Counted from the stretch's first letter, positions 49,349 through 62,811 are shown. The stretch: DNA of 64,000 nt from Octopus sinensis (GCF_006345805.1 NC_043011.1:1736001-1800000); one strand, 5' to 3'. Program-made: numbers and translations. The notes: generated by a model not told the origin, from the sequence alone.

Positions 49349-50960
49349 TCAGGATGCATAAGCAAAAAGATTTGCTTTTGCTCCTACACATGATGCCCCA
49401 TGTGAAAAGCATGGTTCTTCAAGTTGCAATCCAGCAACTTTTAGTGTTTGGCCCTGACTTTTATTGATGTTCATGGCAAAATACAGTGGGATAGGAAACT
49501 GTAACAGCCTAAACTGGAACTGGACATTAGATGGTATAACTGGTATGTGAGGAATGAAGACGGTCTTATCGTTACCACAACCAGTGAGAATATTTGCCTC
49601 AATGCAGTTCATCATAAGTTTGTGCACAATTAGTCTCGTACCATTTTATAATTTTGGTTGAAACAAATTATGCAATAGCATAATAGGAGTCCTTTTTTCA
49701 GCTGAAGACAATAGGAGCTTACCTGATGGTTCTAGTGAGTTCAAATATTCAATGGGATAGTTAACACTATCCTGATCATCAACAACACTGTTGACAGAAG
49801 TTTATTCAATAGCATATTATTAATGCTATTTACAGTAATATTTTTTGGAGCCAGGATAGCTTGCTCACAGATCCAGTCTGTATTATAATTATTAAGAAGA
49901 TTTGAAAAGATTTCAGCTACCAAATCCTTGAAGGAATCAGTTGAATTACATATTGGATTGAGTGTAAGAAACTGTTCTTCATCACTTGCAACTCTCCCTT
50001 TACTGAGTTTCAAAAGCTGCTCAGTAAATAGTTCAGCTGATTGATCTCTCAAAAGCCTTGATCTCATTTTTGTCAAAAGTTCAAGTGTTTTCACATGGTG
50101 CCATAATACAGAAGACTTTATTGAAGCATTGAGCTCATCCACTTTTGTTCCTCTTGGAACAACTGGTAGTGTTTGTCAGAAGTCTCCTGACAATAATAAT
50201 GTGATATTTGCCATCATGGAATTACAATTTCTAGTGTCTTGTAATGTTCTAACCACAGCTTTAAGAGCTTTTCTGTGGATCATGGTACATTCGTCCCAGA
50301 TAATTAAGTGACATCCTTGTATTAGTTCACCCATTCCAGAATTTTTAGATATATTACAAACTGAATCTTCTTTGTTAGGTATAAGTTATGAGTACTTCTC
50401 CTGGATGTTTATTCAATGGCATATTATTAATGTTATCTACAGCAACATTTTTTTGGAGCCAGAATAGCTTGCTCACAGATCCAATTTGTATTGTTGTAAT
50501 TATGAGGAAGATTCAGAAAGATTTCAGCCACCAAATCATCGATGGAACCAGTTGAATTACATATTGTATTGAGTGTAAGAAACTGTTCTTCATCACTTGC
50601 AACTCTTCCTTCACCAAGTTTCAAAAGCTGCTCTGCAAATAGTTCTGCCGATTCATCTCTTGAAAGCCTCGATCTCTTATTTGTTGAAAGTTGAAGTGTT
50701 TTCACAACATTGATCAGGTAGAAGCTCAGGAAGGTTATCATTTATGTACATGGTCAGTTCCTCCATATCATGGGAAATTTCTCTCATTATTTCAGTGGAC
50801 AGACTATTAAGATCCCCTTTATTAGTTGGTGCTTGAAATCTTCAGCAAGATCATTTCTGAACATATTCCAAAGTTCAACAGAATTACTTACTTCACAATT
50901 TTGGGGAATAATAGCTAAAAAAAAACTCTTAAACTCCTTGGTATTTTTGATATTGAATCT
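49349..50960 (-). pseudogene. Helitron RepHel (Pif1-type helicase) fragments with an internal partial duplication
   Basis: Minus frames: LAEDFKH...REISHDMEEL, IIWDECTM, SGDF*QTLPVVPRGTKVDELNASIKSS, EQAILAPKN, and VFIPHIP...LQFPI...AMNINKSQGQTL...CFSHG; 50398-50700 duplicates about 49810-50095. Confidence 0.85.
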
Positions 50961-51067
50961 TCTTTCAGTGCTGCTTCCCCTGAACTAGGGTGAGACTACT
51001 CCTTTGCTACATTATTTACATTATTTACATTTGACAAATATTTGTCCTCAACTTGTTTGTTATCAAC

Positions 51068-51407
51068 ACGTGGCATCTTGGGAAAGTGTCTTCTGCTATA
51101 GCCCCGGACCAACCAATGCCTTGTGAGTGGATTTGGTAGACAGAAACTGAAAGAAGCCTGCTGTATATATGTATATATATATGTATGTGTTTGTTTGTGT
51201 GTCTGTGTTTGTCCCCCTAGCATTGCTTGACAACCGATGCTGGTGTGTTTACGTCCCCGTCACTTAGCGGTTTGGCAAACAGAGACGGATAGAATAAGTA
51301 CTAGGCTTACAAAGAATAAGTCCTGGGGTCGATTTGCTCGACTAAAAGGCAGTGCTCCAGCATGGCCGCAGTCAAATGACTGAAAGAAGTAAAAGAGTAA
51401 AAGAGTA
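51068..51407 (+). mobile_element. SINE family A, 5'-truncated
   Basis: Core, internal microsatellite and (TAAAAGAG)2 tail. Confidence 0.9.
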
Positions 51408-51639
51408 TACCAATAGGAGCAAGATTGTCAAATAAAACAGATATGAGAGAAACATAAATAAATTTTGTACTCATAGTTCATGTTTTATGGAGTAATGAAT
51501 TTGATTTTAGAGCTTGGAGTAAATTCATGTATTACTTGACAAGTAAATTAATGATTCTTTTAGGGTGCAAACAGCAATGTTAAAATCATATTCATGTATG
51601 AATGACCTTGAGAAGAAAGAATAGCAGCTACATGAAAAA

Positions 51640-52790
51640 AGAAGTCCTGTCAATGACTGCTCTGTATGAAACACTTAATTTATTAAACAGAAATATTGAA
51701 GAACTGGGAAGTTACCAATCCTAATATTAATTCATAGCTGCTTCAAATAAAGAAGTAATTTTAACATCCTATTAATCTAAAGCCAATCTACAGAAGAATG
51801 GGTAAAGATCCAGAAAAGAAACTGCTATAGCAGAAGCATTATCTAAATGGTTCACTACTGAGCTAAATCAGGACACATTCTTTCATCTGGGCTAAACCAC
51901 GCTCAAGGAATTATTAGAACTTATAAATAGAGAAAAGCTCAATGTTACAAGTGGTTGGCTGTCCCATTGGAAAATGAGACATAACAGCATATTCCAGAAG
52001 CTTTATACCTTTTACTTTTTTTACCTTTTACTTGTTTCAGTCATTTGACTGCGGCCATGCTGGAGCACCGCCTTTAGTCGAGCAAATCGACCCCAGGACT
52101 TATTCTTTGTAAGCCCAGTACTTATTCTATCGGTCTCTTTTGCCAAACCGCTAAGTTACGGAGGACATAAACACACCAGCATCGGTTGTCAAGCAATGCT
52201 AGGGGGACAAACACAGACACACACACATACACATATATATATATACATATATACGACAGGCATCTTTCAGTTTCCATCTACCAAATCCACTCACAAGGCA
52301 TTGGTTGGCCCGGGGCTATAGCAGAAGACACTTGCCCAAGATGCCACGCAGTGGGACTGAACCCGGAACCATGTGGTTGGTTAACAAGCTACTTACCACA
52401 CAGCCACTCCTACGCCTATAGTACAAAGAAAATTACAAAAGTAAAAGCAACTGATAACTCAATTTATACAATAACTGTGATTTTGCAGATCTACAAATCT
52501 GATGACATCTTCAATGCATGTGAAATTGGATAGCTGTACAGAGTTCTTTTAGAATATACTCATGGCCTTTAAGAAGGGGGAGATAGTGTAAAGTAAAAAA
52601 ATACAAAAATAGCAACAATTATGAGATTTTCTGAATGTTAGCAAGTGACGTGTTGGAACCCTTGAATGAGTGGAATGATATTTACAACACAGCAGACAGA
52701 ATATGATAAAGGGAGTTGTTCCAGAAAAAAAAGAAATGTTGTCATATTTCTTCCACAAAATATAGCAATATTTCCAAAGCATCATAAAAT
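51640..52790 (+). pseudogene. Tigger/pogo-type transposase relic, interrupted by SINE A
   Basis: ALSKWF...VTSGWLSHWKMRHN (CENP-B HTH-like) before the SINE, and YKSDDIFNACEIG*LYR (IFNADETGL-like DDE start) after it. Confidence 0.65.
52006..52418 (-). mobile_element. SINE family A, full length
   Basis: Complete head, core and tail. Confidence 0.9.
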
Positions 52791-52957
52791 CACAACATAC
52801 AGGTGTCTTTGAAATTTCTCAGAAGTTTTCAGACAATAGGTTGATTCTTGTTTCCAGAGATTTCATTTTACAGGTGTAGATGCTTCTCGTTTTGAAAAAT
52901 ATGGGGTCACTCCCTGTCAATTTGGCAATGGAACAGTTTTAAGATGATGATTTAGAG

Positions 52958-53158
52958 CAGTGCTTTTCAAACTTTTTGCTGGAGCAGAACCCCAAGGAAA
53001 CATTCCACTGGCTCGAGGAATCCCTGTGCAATAATTTACTAGTCTTTTGCACACATATCTGCACAGGAGAATCAAAAATTACTGCCAATTTTAGCAGTTT
53101 TGTAACTTCTTGCGGAACCCCCGGACTGTACTGGCAGAACCCTGGTTGAAAACCACTG
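52958..53158. mobile_element. hAT-type MITE, copy 1
   Basis: CAGTG...CACTG termini; 8-bp TSD ATTTAGAG (52950-52957, 53159-53166). Confidence 0.9.
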
Positions 53159-53745
53159 ATTTAGAGAACTACAACATATCCCAAACTGAAGTATGAGTTT
53201 GCTAATTCATGGAAGATATAGTAAGATATACAGTTAGTAATGAACAATAATGATGATGATGGTAAAAATGTGGTATCATAATGATTTATCAGTTTCGTCC
53301 CTTTAACCTTACTGTAGAGAAACGATGTTAAAGACATTAGAAATAACAAAATCCACCATTTCACTACTTACACATGGGGTCAGTGGTTTCTTATAATTAA
53401 ATTATCAATTAATCTCATTATCAGTGCCATTTTGTGCTTTATGGACATTTCTATATGATAAGCTAGTTACTACAATACCAGCAAGAAAGGGTAAAGGCTA
53501 TACGCATATTGATGAAGACTTTCTACTTTGTTTGCTCAACCAAAGAACAATGTTAACAGTAATGGGTAAAGCAGATATAACAAAGAACCAACCCCTAAAT
53601 TTTTTCCTAATCATTTCATTCAACTCTAGTATTGTTATTTCTAATATTGAAAACTGGAAATAATCAAACCCATATTTTTATTACTTCAATACATGAATAT
53701 CATCATGATCATCATTATCTTTATATTTATATTCATTCATCGTCA

Positions 53746-53885
53746 AATTATTGAATATAGCTATAAAAATATATATTATAGCTACATAAATGCACTGTAA
53801 TTTTTTATAAATAATTATTGAATATAGCTATAAAAATATATATTATAGCTACATAAATGCACTGTAATTTTTTATAAATAATTAT
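53746..53885. repeat. 67-bp exact tandem duplication
   Basis: AATTATTGAATATAGCTATAAAAATATATATTATAGCTACATAAATGCACTGTAATTTTTTATAAAT occurs twice. Confidence 0.9.
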
Positions 53886-53945
53886 GGAGCTATATAAATA
53901 CATTGTATTGCTAAATGCATATAGTTATATGTTATTTAGCTAAAC

Positions 53946-54164
53946 CAGTGGTTTTCAACCAGGGTTCCGCGGAACCTTAGGGTTCTGCCAGTACAGTCCA
54001 GGGGTTCTGCAAGAAGTTACAAAACTGCTAAAATCGGCAGTAATTTTTAATTCTCCTGTGCAGATATGTGTGCATAAGACTATTAAATTATTGCACAGGG
54101 GTTCCTCAAGCCAGTGGAGTGTTTCCTTGGGGTTCCGCTCCAGCAAAAAGTTTGAAAAGCACTG
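53946..54164. mobile_element. hAT-type MITE, copy 2, inverted relative to copy 1
   Basis: CAGTG...CACTG termini; 8-bp TSD AGCTAAAC (53938-53945, 54165-54172). Confidence 0.9.
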
Positions 54165-54544
54165 AGCTAAACAAATACATTATACAACTATATATACGAT
54201 ATAGGTTTAGTAATGTAAACAGGAAAATAGAAGTTCAGCAAATAGAGACTGAGAGACTAAGTACCAAGCTTAAAAAAATATTTGTGCTGGGCTTGATTTG
54301 TTTGATTAAAACACCTCTGAGTGGTATCCCAACTTGGCTGCTGACTAAGGACTGAAACAAGTAAATGATGAAAGATGAAAATATATATCTTATTAGTAAT
54401 CAACAGAAGTTACAGAGTGACTTAAGGGCTCAGAGGTTTGTGTGTTGACGCATCGCTATATAAGTACACAATATCATGATAATCATGATCATCATCATGA
54501 TCATCCTCATCATCACCACCACCACCACCACCACCACCATCATT

Positions 54545-54760
54545 ATGATCATCAACATTTAGCATCCATTCTCAATGTTGGCATGGGTAAGATGGCTTAG
54601 CAGGAACTGGCAAGGCCAGGGGCTATACCAGGTCCTGTAGTCTGTTGTGGCTTGGTTTCTACAGCTGGATGACCTTTCCTAACACCAATCCCTTTACACA
54701 TTGTACCGACTGTTCTTTTATGTGGCACTATCACCAGTGCCTCTTATGTGGCACCAGCAT
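54545..54760 (-). mobile_element. SINE-like family B, old diverged copy
   Basis: GGCATGGGTAAGATGG...GGTTTCTACAGCTGGATGACCTTTCCTAACACCAATCC. Confidence 0.55.
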
Positions 54761-56397
54761 CCGCACCAATACTTTATTATGTAATACCTTCGATATAAAA
54801 ACCTTTTTTTTAAGGATATCAATTCTGTTGTGGTGGTCATGATGGGGATCTTCTTGAGTGTTGTGGTTGGCAGCTCTTCTATATAAATATATTCTCAGAT
54901 CATTGATTCTCTTGAATATCATGTAAGAGTTTGTGGCGGTCAAGTGAGAGAACCTGGCAATGTTGATCAAAAGTTTGCTCCTGGTTGGTTCTTAGCCGGT
55001 CAAAGAGCTACTTTGCTCTTCCAAACTTCCTCTTTTCATTGCATTTCACACCATGTTAACTCAATCAAAACATCTTGATGAACTCACTTCCACTATTTAT
55101 TCAAAGGTCGAATTTATCTATAGCATCATTTGCAGTGTAGCTGTCTAGCAGCAAATGAAATTTCCTGTGAATTTTGATGGTCTCAGTCTCAGTTCAGTGC
55201 CCAACTTTGGGTTGTTGGCCCATGTTGACTCCCAGTTTGCAGCTGTCATCCTTTTTGTGTTCTTTGTAATACCTATGGACCAAATATGGGTACTATCAGC
55301 ATGAGGATCTCTTCATCCCCTCAATAACAGCTGCCTCCTGACTGCCTTACCACCAAATGGTAGCAACTGACTTAATGCAATACCCTCTTTGTCAGCTGAC
55401 ACCCTTCTTGACAATGAGCGCACACACACACATGCATGCACATGCACACACACATTGCAGTTGCCTGGTGTGTCAGTTTTTATATATGCTACAGCGATGT
55501 ACTGCTCTATTGCCATTATAGTGCAGCATATTTCCCTTGCCATGTCACACTGAATAATGTTACTAAAAGTAGCCTTGAAACTACCATTTTCCTTTGCAAC
55601 TAGAGCCCCTTGACCACAACTGTGGTTCTAGTAGATATCCAGATGACATTACCCATTTTCCATGCTAAGGAGGGCAAGGTGCTTGTCCAAAGCTCTCTGC
55701 TTTAGGGCCCATTCTCCAGTAACACCTTATTACTTCAGTCTAAAGTCAGAATCTGCCACCCACTGTACTGATATTGAAGTATGAGCCACTGACGGACAGA
55801 TTTTTTTTTCACACCAGTCCTTTATTATTCTGACCTTTATTATTTTTGACCTCTGGACTGTTGCTCTCCTCCATAAAACTGCAGTACAGACATCCCACCT
55901 GAAGAAAGAACACCAATATGGTTAAATGGCTGATGCAGTGAACATTGCTTGTTATTCCTTCCAGCAGTATTTTCGCTAATCTGTCCTCAGGCTGTAAGAC
56001 AAATCATTCTACAAAACATGGAAAGTTTATTTATTGCTATAAATGTCCTTTAAATAAATCATATAGCTAATTACAAACATACACAAACACACACAAATTA
56101 TGTCATAATTTACATGCACAGAAATACATAGCCAAACATTTCAAACAGCTTTGTAATTATATTTTAATACTGCATGAATATGCTATATCGTTATATTAAT
56201 ATATTTGTTTAGAAATTAAATTATTATCACCAAATATCATATTCCACTTTAAATTTTCAATTATACTGTTCCCCAACATTTTCATCTTTCCTCCTTTAAA
56301 TATGATAACACCCTAATTTTAACATCTATCATTATATACACTGACATCCACTTGTTAATGTTTATTACTGTAAATATATGGACACCCACTATTTTAA

Positions 56398-56617
56398 CCC
56401 TTTCGTTACCAACCTGGCTGAAACCGGTTCTGGCTCTGAGTACAAATGTCTTGTTTCCATAAGTTTTGAATTAAAATCTTCCACTAAATCTTAGTCCCAA
56501 TTTATGTTCCTAACACTAACTGAATGATAACTAAGTTATTGTACTAAATTCTTTGTTATATTTAAAGTAATAGAAAGAAACACAGGGCATCTCAAAATAA
56601 ATACAGTAATGAAAGGG
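56398..56617. mobile_element. piggyBac-type MITE (sister of 42416-42635)
   Basis: TTAA TSDs; TIR CCCTTTCGTTAC / GTAATGAAAGGG. Confidence 0.85.
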
Positions 56618-56673
56618 TTAATGCTTCATATAATATATTGTCAGCGCCCATTTCGATCAGTTCTTTACTTTAA

Positions 56674-56895
56674 CCCTTTAGCATTTAAACTGGCCATATT
56701 CGGCCCCAAATATTCTACCTGTTTTATGTTCAAACCAGCAAGATCCAGCCTCTCACAACTACCCAAGAATGTCATTCTAAAAATAAGGAATCACATCATC
56801 ATAATCTCAAAGCTATGAGATAATACTTGATTAATTAAAAAAAAATGTGAATAAATAAGCATTACATTTGACAAAGTAACCTGAAAGCTAAAGGG
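56674..56895. mobile_element. piggyBac-type MITE, second family
   Basis: TTAA TSDs; TIR CCCTTTAGC / GCTAAAGGG. Confidence 0.8.
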
Positions 56896-57791
56896 TTAAA
56901 CATACTGACATTCATTAACGTTGCCACCCCAGAAATTTAGTTCTTATTCTACAACACAAGAATAAGGATTTCTTTTGGCCAGGCATAAAGTGTATAAGAG
57001 TTAGAGTGTGTCAACAGAATTGACCTCAATGTGTTTGTATTATGTCTATTCTAGAGGAATGTAAAGTTAGACATGGCAAGATTTAAATATCTAATCAAGG
57101 AGAAGCTGAATATTCTTGTGCTTTTAGTTTTCTGCTGATATGCTCTGACCATTTCTACCATTCTTTATATGATAATGATTATGTGCTTCCTTAAAGTCTT
57201 TCCAAATTATCAACTATTCTCTAACTTCTGTAAACTGAATAAAATTCACGTATGCTACTTTGACTATTGCACATTGCTGGTGATGTGCAAATAACGACAG
57301 AGATGGAAAGATATTATATTTTTGAATATGAATACGGTAAATGTAGGGTTGCTTGAATGAAAGAGACATGTGAAGTGTTTCATTGAATAATACGCACTGA
57401 TGTTGCAATAAGAGAGACACAAAACCAGTCCATAACCATATAGGAGTTATTCTGGATGACTACACTTAGGAATCTCTACTCCATGTTGCTATCCAATTAC
57501 AACTGCTTGCCAGTCCATCAAAAGAGGAAATGGCTGTTAATAAATACAATTAAATTCAACTCAAAACTTGGTTGTTCACTTGCTTCTGTGTTCAACTCTG
57601 ATGACTCTGTATTTAGTTATATTGCAATTTAATATTTATCTTACTGTAATCATCCTACAAGAAATCATTCTTATAAACATACTGTTCAAATAAGAATAGC
57701 AGAAATGTAGAAAAGGATCTTGATTGTATATATTATCCAAACCACCAGTAGTGGACCCACTTATTAACCCGTTGAACTGGTAAAGGAATCT

Positions 57792-57826
<35 letters not shown>

Positions 57827-58650
57827 CTAGCAGAAATACTTGACGTTGCCCAGGTTAAAGAAAATAAGGAAATTTAAAAACGCAGGTCTTAACTGCTAGT
57901 GGCTGAGATAACAGCTTTCTCTGCAACCCATGCCAACATGGAACATAGATGTTAAGTGAAATGTGAAAGAAAGTTTTCAACTTATATATGTATATAAAGT
58001 TAATGCATGTTTGTCTAACTTATTTCGTAACCCAAAAAACAGGCACAGATTATAAACAATGAAAGGCCAGGCATAGAGTATACACACACACACAGACAGA
58101 AACACACACAGACAGACAGACATACACACACACACAGACAACGAATACATCACGTTACTGTTTCACTTTTATACACACAGAAATACATCCATGCATGTCA
58201 GTCGAAAAGTGAAAGTGTAATAGTAATACTTTAACAGTCAATGGTTTTACACTTCTGTATATGACGTGGACCTACTATTCATGTAAGTGCTTCTTCATTT
58301 ACTGTGTTTTCTGTTCATCACTGAGAATGTAGAGGTTCTTTTCACCTCCAACTCTAGAACATCCAACATACAACTGACCATGTGAAGACGCAAGGTTGAA
58401 GGAGGTTAAGTCCCACCACCTTTAGAGATTGACCTTGTGCTTTGTTAATAGACATTGCAAAGCTAAGTTTGACAGGAAACTGCAATCTCTTGAACTGAAA
58501 GGGGTGGCCATTTGAGATAAGAGGTATCCTTGGAATGAAGACATTCTCACCCATCATGTTGCCATGATGGAGAAGAGGTTTCTCAGTTGCATAGGAGACT
58601 TGCACATTTGTGCCTCTGTCAGAGTGCATCCCAGTGTGCATCATCCTCTA
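57827..58650 (-). mobile_element. Helitron 3' end with terminal helicase fragment
   Basis: ORF 58354-58644 GENVFIPRIPLI...FQFKRLQFPVKLSFAMSINKAQGQSL, then a 3' UTR with (GTCT/GT)n, a degenerate hairpin, and CTAG|T at 57827, the same end as 39166. Confidence 0.8.
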
Positions 58651-59035
58651 GAAGACCTCTGAGATGGCTAGCCTGGCGATATGTTTGACATACTGTGTTA
58701 TCAACCGTGCGTAAGGCTGGTAATATCCAAGGGGTGTAAGAAAAATCTTTTTAATCAATTGATATTCTATTTTATTTAGATTTTTAGTTGCATGACATGC
58801 TTTAGAACTTTTAGTCATTGTATATACATTCTTGATAGGCCATTCTATATATCTGTATTTTTATTTGCATGTTTATATAAAAATTTTTTTTTACCTTCTA
58901 TGTTTTTTATGTATGTATTCTTTATATGTTGAAAGGCCATGTAATATTTATATATGATCAAATGGTTGGCGGTGTGGTGTTATGTATAAAGTTGTTGACT
59001 CGAATTTGATGTTTATTCTCTGATCAATGATTTTT

Positions 59036-61393
59036 GACTAGTCAGGTCATAACCCGTGGGCCCTACCTGGGACGTAGTCAGTCCACCTGTACATACCTTC
59101 CGACTTGTGAAGACCTGCTGAGGCAAGTGAAAATCAAATCAAATCAAAACAAATCAAAATAGATGAACATCAATGGAATTTGTATCCTTGTGGTACCAGT
59201 GCCAGTGGCACACAAGAATCCATCCGAACGTGGCCGTAGTCAGTACCGCTTGTGGTACCAGTGCCGGTGGCACACAAGAATCCATCCGAACGTGGCCGTA
59301 GTCAGTACCGCTTGTGGTACCAGTGCCGGTGGCACACAAGAATCCATCCGATCGTGGCCGTAGTCAGTACCGCATCACTAGCCATCGTGCTGTGGGCACA
59401 TAACAAACACCATCCGGTCGTGGCCGTTCGCCAGCCTCATCTAGCACCTGTGTCGGTGGCACATAAAAAGTAGTCAGTACCGCTTGTGGTACCAGTGCCG
59501 GTGGCACACAAGAATCCATCCGAACATGGCTGTAGTCAGTACCGCATCACTGGCCATCGTGCTGTGGGCACATAACAAACACCATCCGGTCGTGGCCGTT
59601 CGCCAGCCTCATCTAGCACCTGTGTCGGTGGCACATAAAAACACCTTCCGAAGACCCGGCAAGACTAGTCAGGCCATAAACCATGGCCCCTACCTGGGAC
59701 GTAGTCAGTCCACCTGTGCATACCTTCCTCCTTGTGATACTTGTGAAGGCCTGTTGAGGCAAGTGAAAATCAAAGGCCTGTTGAGGCAAGTGAAAATCAA
59801 AGGCCTGTTGAGGCAAGTGAAAATCAAAATCAAAATCAAATCAAAACAAATCAAAATAGATGAACATCAATGGAATTTGTATCTTTGTGGTACCAGTGCC
59901 GGTGGCACACAAGAGAAAACCATCCGAAAGTGGCCGTAGCCAGTACCGCATCGACTGGCCTCCGTTCTGTGGGCACATGACAAACACCATCCGATCGTGG
60001 CCGTTCGCCAGCCTCATCTAGCACCTGTGTCGGTGGCACATAAAAACACCATCCGAAGACACGGCAAGACTAGTCAGGCCATAACCCATGGCCCCTACCT
60101 GGGACGTAGTCAGTCCACCTGTGCATACCTTCCTTCTTGTGACACTTGTGAAGACCTGTTGAGGCAAGTGAAAATCAAATCAAAACAAATCAAAATAGAT
60201 GAACATCAATGGAATCTGTATCTTTGTGGTACCAGTGCCGGTGGCACACACTTTGTGGTACCAGTGCCGGTGGCACACATGAGAACCATCCGAATGTGGC
60301 CGTAGCCAGTTCCGCATCGACCGGCCTCCGTGCTGTGGGCACGTAACAAACACCATCCGATCATGGCCGTTCGCCAGCCTCATCTGGCACCTGTGTCGGT
60401 GGCACATAAAAACACCTTCCGAAGACCTGGCAAGACTAGTCAGTCCACCTGTGCATACCTTCCTTCCTTCTTGTGACACTTGTGAAGACCGGTTGAGGCA
60501 AGTGAAAATCAAATCAAAATAGACAAAATAGATGAACATCAATGGAATTTGTATCTTGTGGTACCAGTGCCTGTGGCACACAAGAAATCCATCAGTTCCG
60601 TAGTCAGTGCGGTGGGCACATGACAAACACCATCCGATCGTGGCCGTTCGCCAGCCTCATCTAGCACCTGTGTCGGTGGCACATAAAAACACCATCCGAA
60701 GACCCGGCAAGACTAGTCAGGCCATAACCCATGGCCCCTACCTGGGACGTAGTCAGTCCACCTGTGCATACCTTCCTTCTTGTGACACTTGTGAAGACCT
60801 GCTGAGGCAAGTGAAAATCAAATCAAAACAAATCAAAATAGATGAACATCAATGGAATTTGTATCTTTGTGGTACCAGTGCCGGTGACACGTGGCACATA
60901 AGAAAACCATCCGAACGTGGCCGTAGCCAGTACCGCATCGACTGGCCTCCGTGCTGTGGGCACGTAACAAGCACCATCCGATCGTGGCCGTTTGCCAGCC
61001 TCATCTGGCACCTGTGTCGGTGGCACATAAAAACACCATCCGAGCGTGGCCGTCTGCCAGCCTCGTCTGGCACCTGTGTCGGTGGCACATAAAAACACCA
61101 TCCGAGCGTGGCCGTCTGCCAGCCTCGTCTGGCACCTGTGTCGGTGGCACATAAAAAACACCATCCGAGCGTGGCCGTCTGCCAGCCTCGTCTGGCACCT
61201 GTGTCGGTGGCACATAAAATCACCCACTACACTCTCGGAGTGGTTGGCGTTAGGAAGGGCATCCAGCTGTAGAAACACTGCCAGATCTGACTGGACTGGT
61301 GCAGCTTTCGGGCTCCCCAGACCCCAGTTGAACCGTCCAACCCATGCTAGCATGGAAAGCGGACGTTAAATGATGATGATGATGATGATGATG
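59036..61393 (+). repeat. Hierarchical tandem array of the SINE-B 5' region, ending in a SINE-B 3' end and (GAT)n tail
   Basis: Macro-units start at GACTAGTCAG (59036, 59663, 60068, 60434, 60711), with nested 58-bp x3, 27-bp x3, 30-bp x2 and ~53-bp x4 subrepeats; the SINE B body is at about 61220-61393. Confidence 0.9.
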
Positions 61394-61401
61394 ACATATG
61401 T

Positions 61402-61485
<84 letters not shown>

Positions 61486-61689
61486 CTTTATATTTGCACA
61501 CTGACAATGATCCCTGTAGCTCAATGTGATTTGAGGTGAGGTAAAGATGGAAGCTTATGCCATAATTGATTTCATTGGAAGACTCTATGCTCAGTAATGG
61601 AAATTGGAGGATTTGCCTTTTTTCCAGCATGCAGAACTATATTGAAATCCTTTAAAGTTTCAGAGCAGTTATTACTGCTCTGAAACCAT

Positions 61690-61870
61690 TCATGCATGCA
61701 TGTATGTATGTATGTATGTATGTATGTATGTATGTATGTATGTATGTGTGTATGTATGTGTGTATGTATGTGTGTATGTATGTATGTGTGTGTGTGTGTG
61801 TGCATGCGTGCGTGCATGCATGCATGTGTGTGTATGTATGTATGTGTGTATGAATGTATGTATGTATGTA

Positions 61871-61905
<35 letters not shown>

Positions 61906-62058
61906 ATGTATGTATGTGTGTGTGTATGTATGTGTGTATGTGTGTGTGTATGTATGTATGTATGTGTGTGTGTGTGTATGTATTATGCATGTATGTATGT
62001 ATGTATGTATGTATGTATGTATGTATGTATGTATGTATGAATGAATGAATGAATGAAT
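61690..62058. repeat. Compound (ATGT)n/(GT)n/(ATGA)n microsatellite
   Basis: Direct inspection. Confidence 0.95.
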
Positions 62059-62109
62059 GCAAGTCGTATTGTATAGCTTTCAGAATCTTGCCTCTAAAGC
62101 TTGTATATT

Positions 62110-62560
62110 ACATTGGTCACTTTCACCTGGCCTTTCTGGGAATATTTTCTCCTTGACCATTTTCAGTTAGAACGACCACCTTGTTCATGTTCTCTTTCCA
62201 TTTATTATCAGCCTGGTGGGAGGATGTGTCTGGTCTACTTTTGGTTATAAGCAAATTCACCAGGCAGAAACTACCATCCCACATGGGCCTGCTTTTCTAG
62301 GCATCATGTAGCAAGCCCACAGACGTGCTACCATCTGGTATGATTTTTAATGTGTGAAAAACACGGCTGTCTATGAAAAACACAACTCTTCTGTGTCTCA
62401 CACCATTGGAAATGTCCTTTTAATGTTTCCAGCTTCTGCAGCTGCTGCTTGAGTGCCAAAGCATACAGAAGAGATCAAACAGTTCCAATTGGTTGCAGTT
62501 TAGTTTGAGCTTCCTACAGATACTGCTTGTATCCTGTTGCAGTCCATCATTTGAAGACAG
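62110..62560 (-). pseudogene. Possible RLE-type non-LTR retrotransposon C-terminal relic
   Basis: Minus frame fragment MWDGSFCLVNLLITKSRPDT loosely resembles the WD...RPD motif; heavily decayed. Confidence 0.3.
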
Positions 62561-62662
62561 GACTAAAATTCATTGTGCTTAGGAGTTGAAGTATGTGCTG
62601 ACTTGCTCTTTGATTGCATGATCTGGGGGTGGGGGTGGACATATTATAGCACTGCAAAGTCG

Positions 62663-62811
62663 ATTCCGCCGAGGTCGACTTTGCCTTTCATCCTTTTGAG
62701 GTCCATAAATAAAGTACCAGTTTCGCACTGGGGTCGATGTAATCGAATTAATCCCTTTGTCTGTCCTTGTTTGTCCCCTCTATGTTTAGCCCCTTGTGGG
62801 TAGTAAAGAAA
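62663..62811 (+). mobile_element. SINE family C, 5'-truncated
   Basis: Core and tail; ATATTATAGC at 62641-62650 and 62813-62822 (probable TSD). Confidence 0.85.

Noticed and set aside
59154-61369. Many overlapping ORFs and a CRISPR-like look (constant motif with variable intervening sequence)
   Set aside because: The intervening segments recur rather than being unique spacers, there are no cas genes, and the context is eukaryotic; the ORFs are by-products of the GC-richer tandem units.
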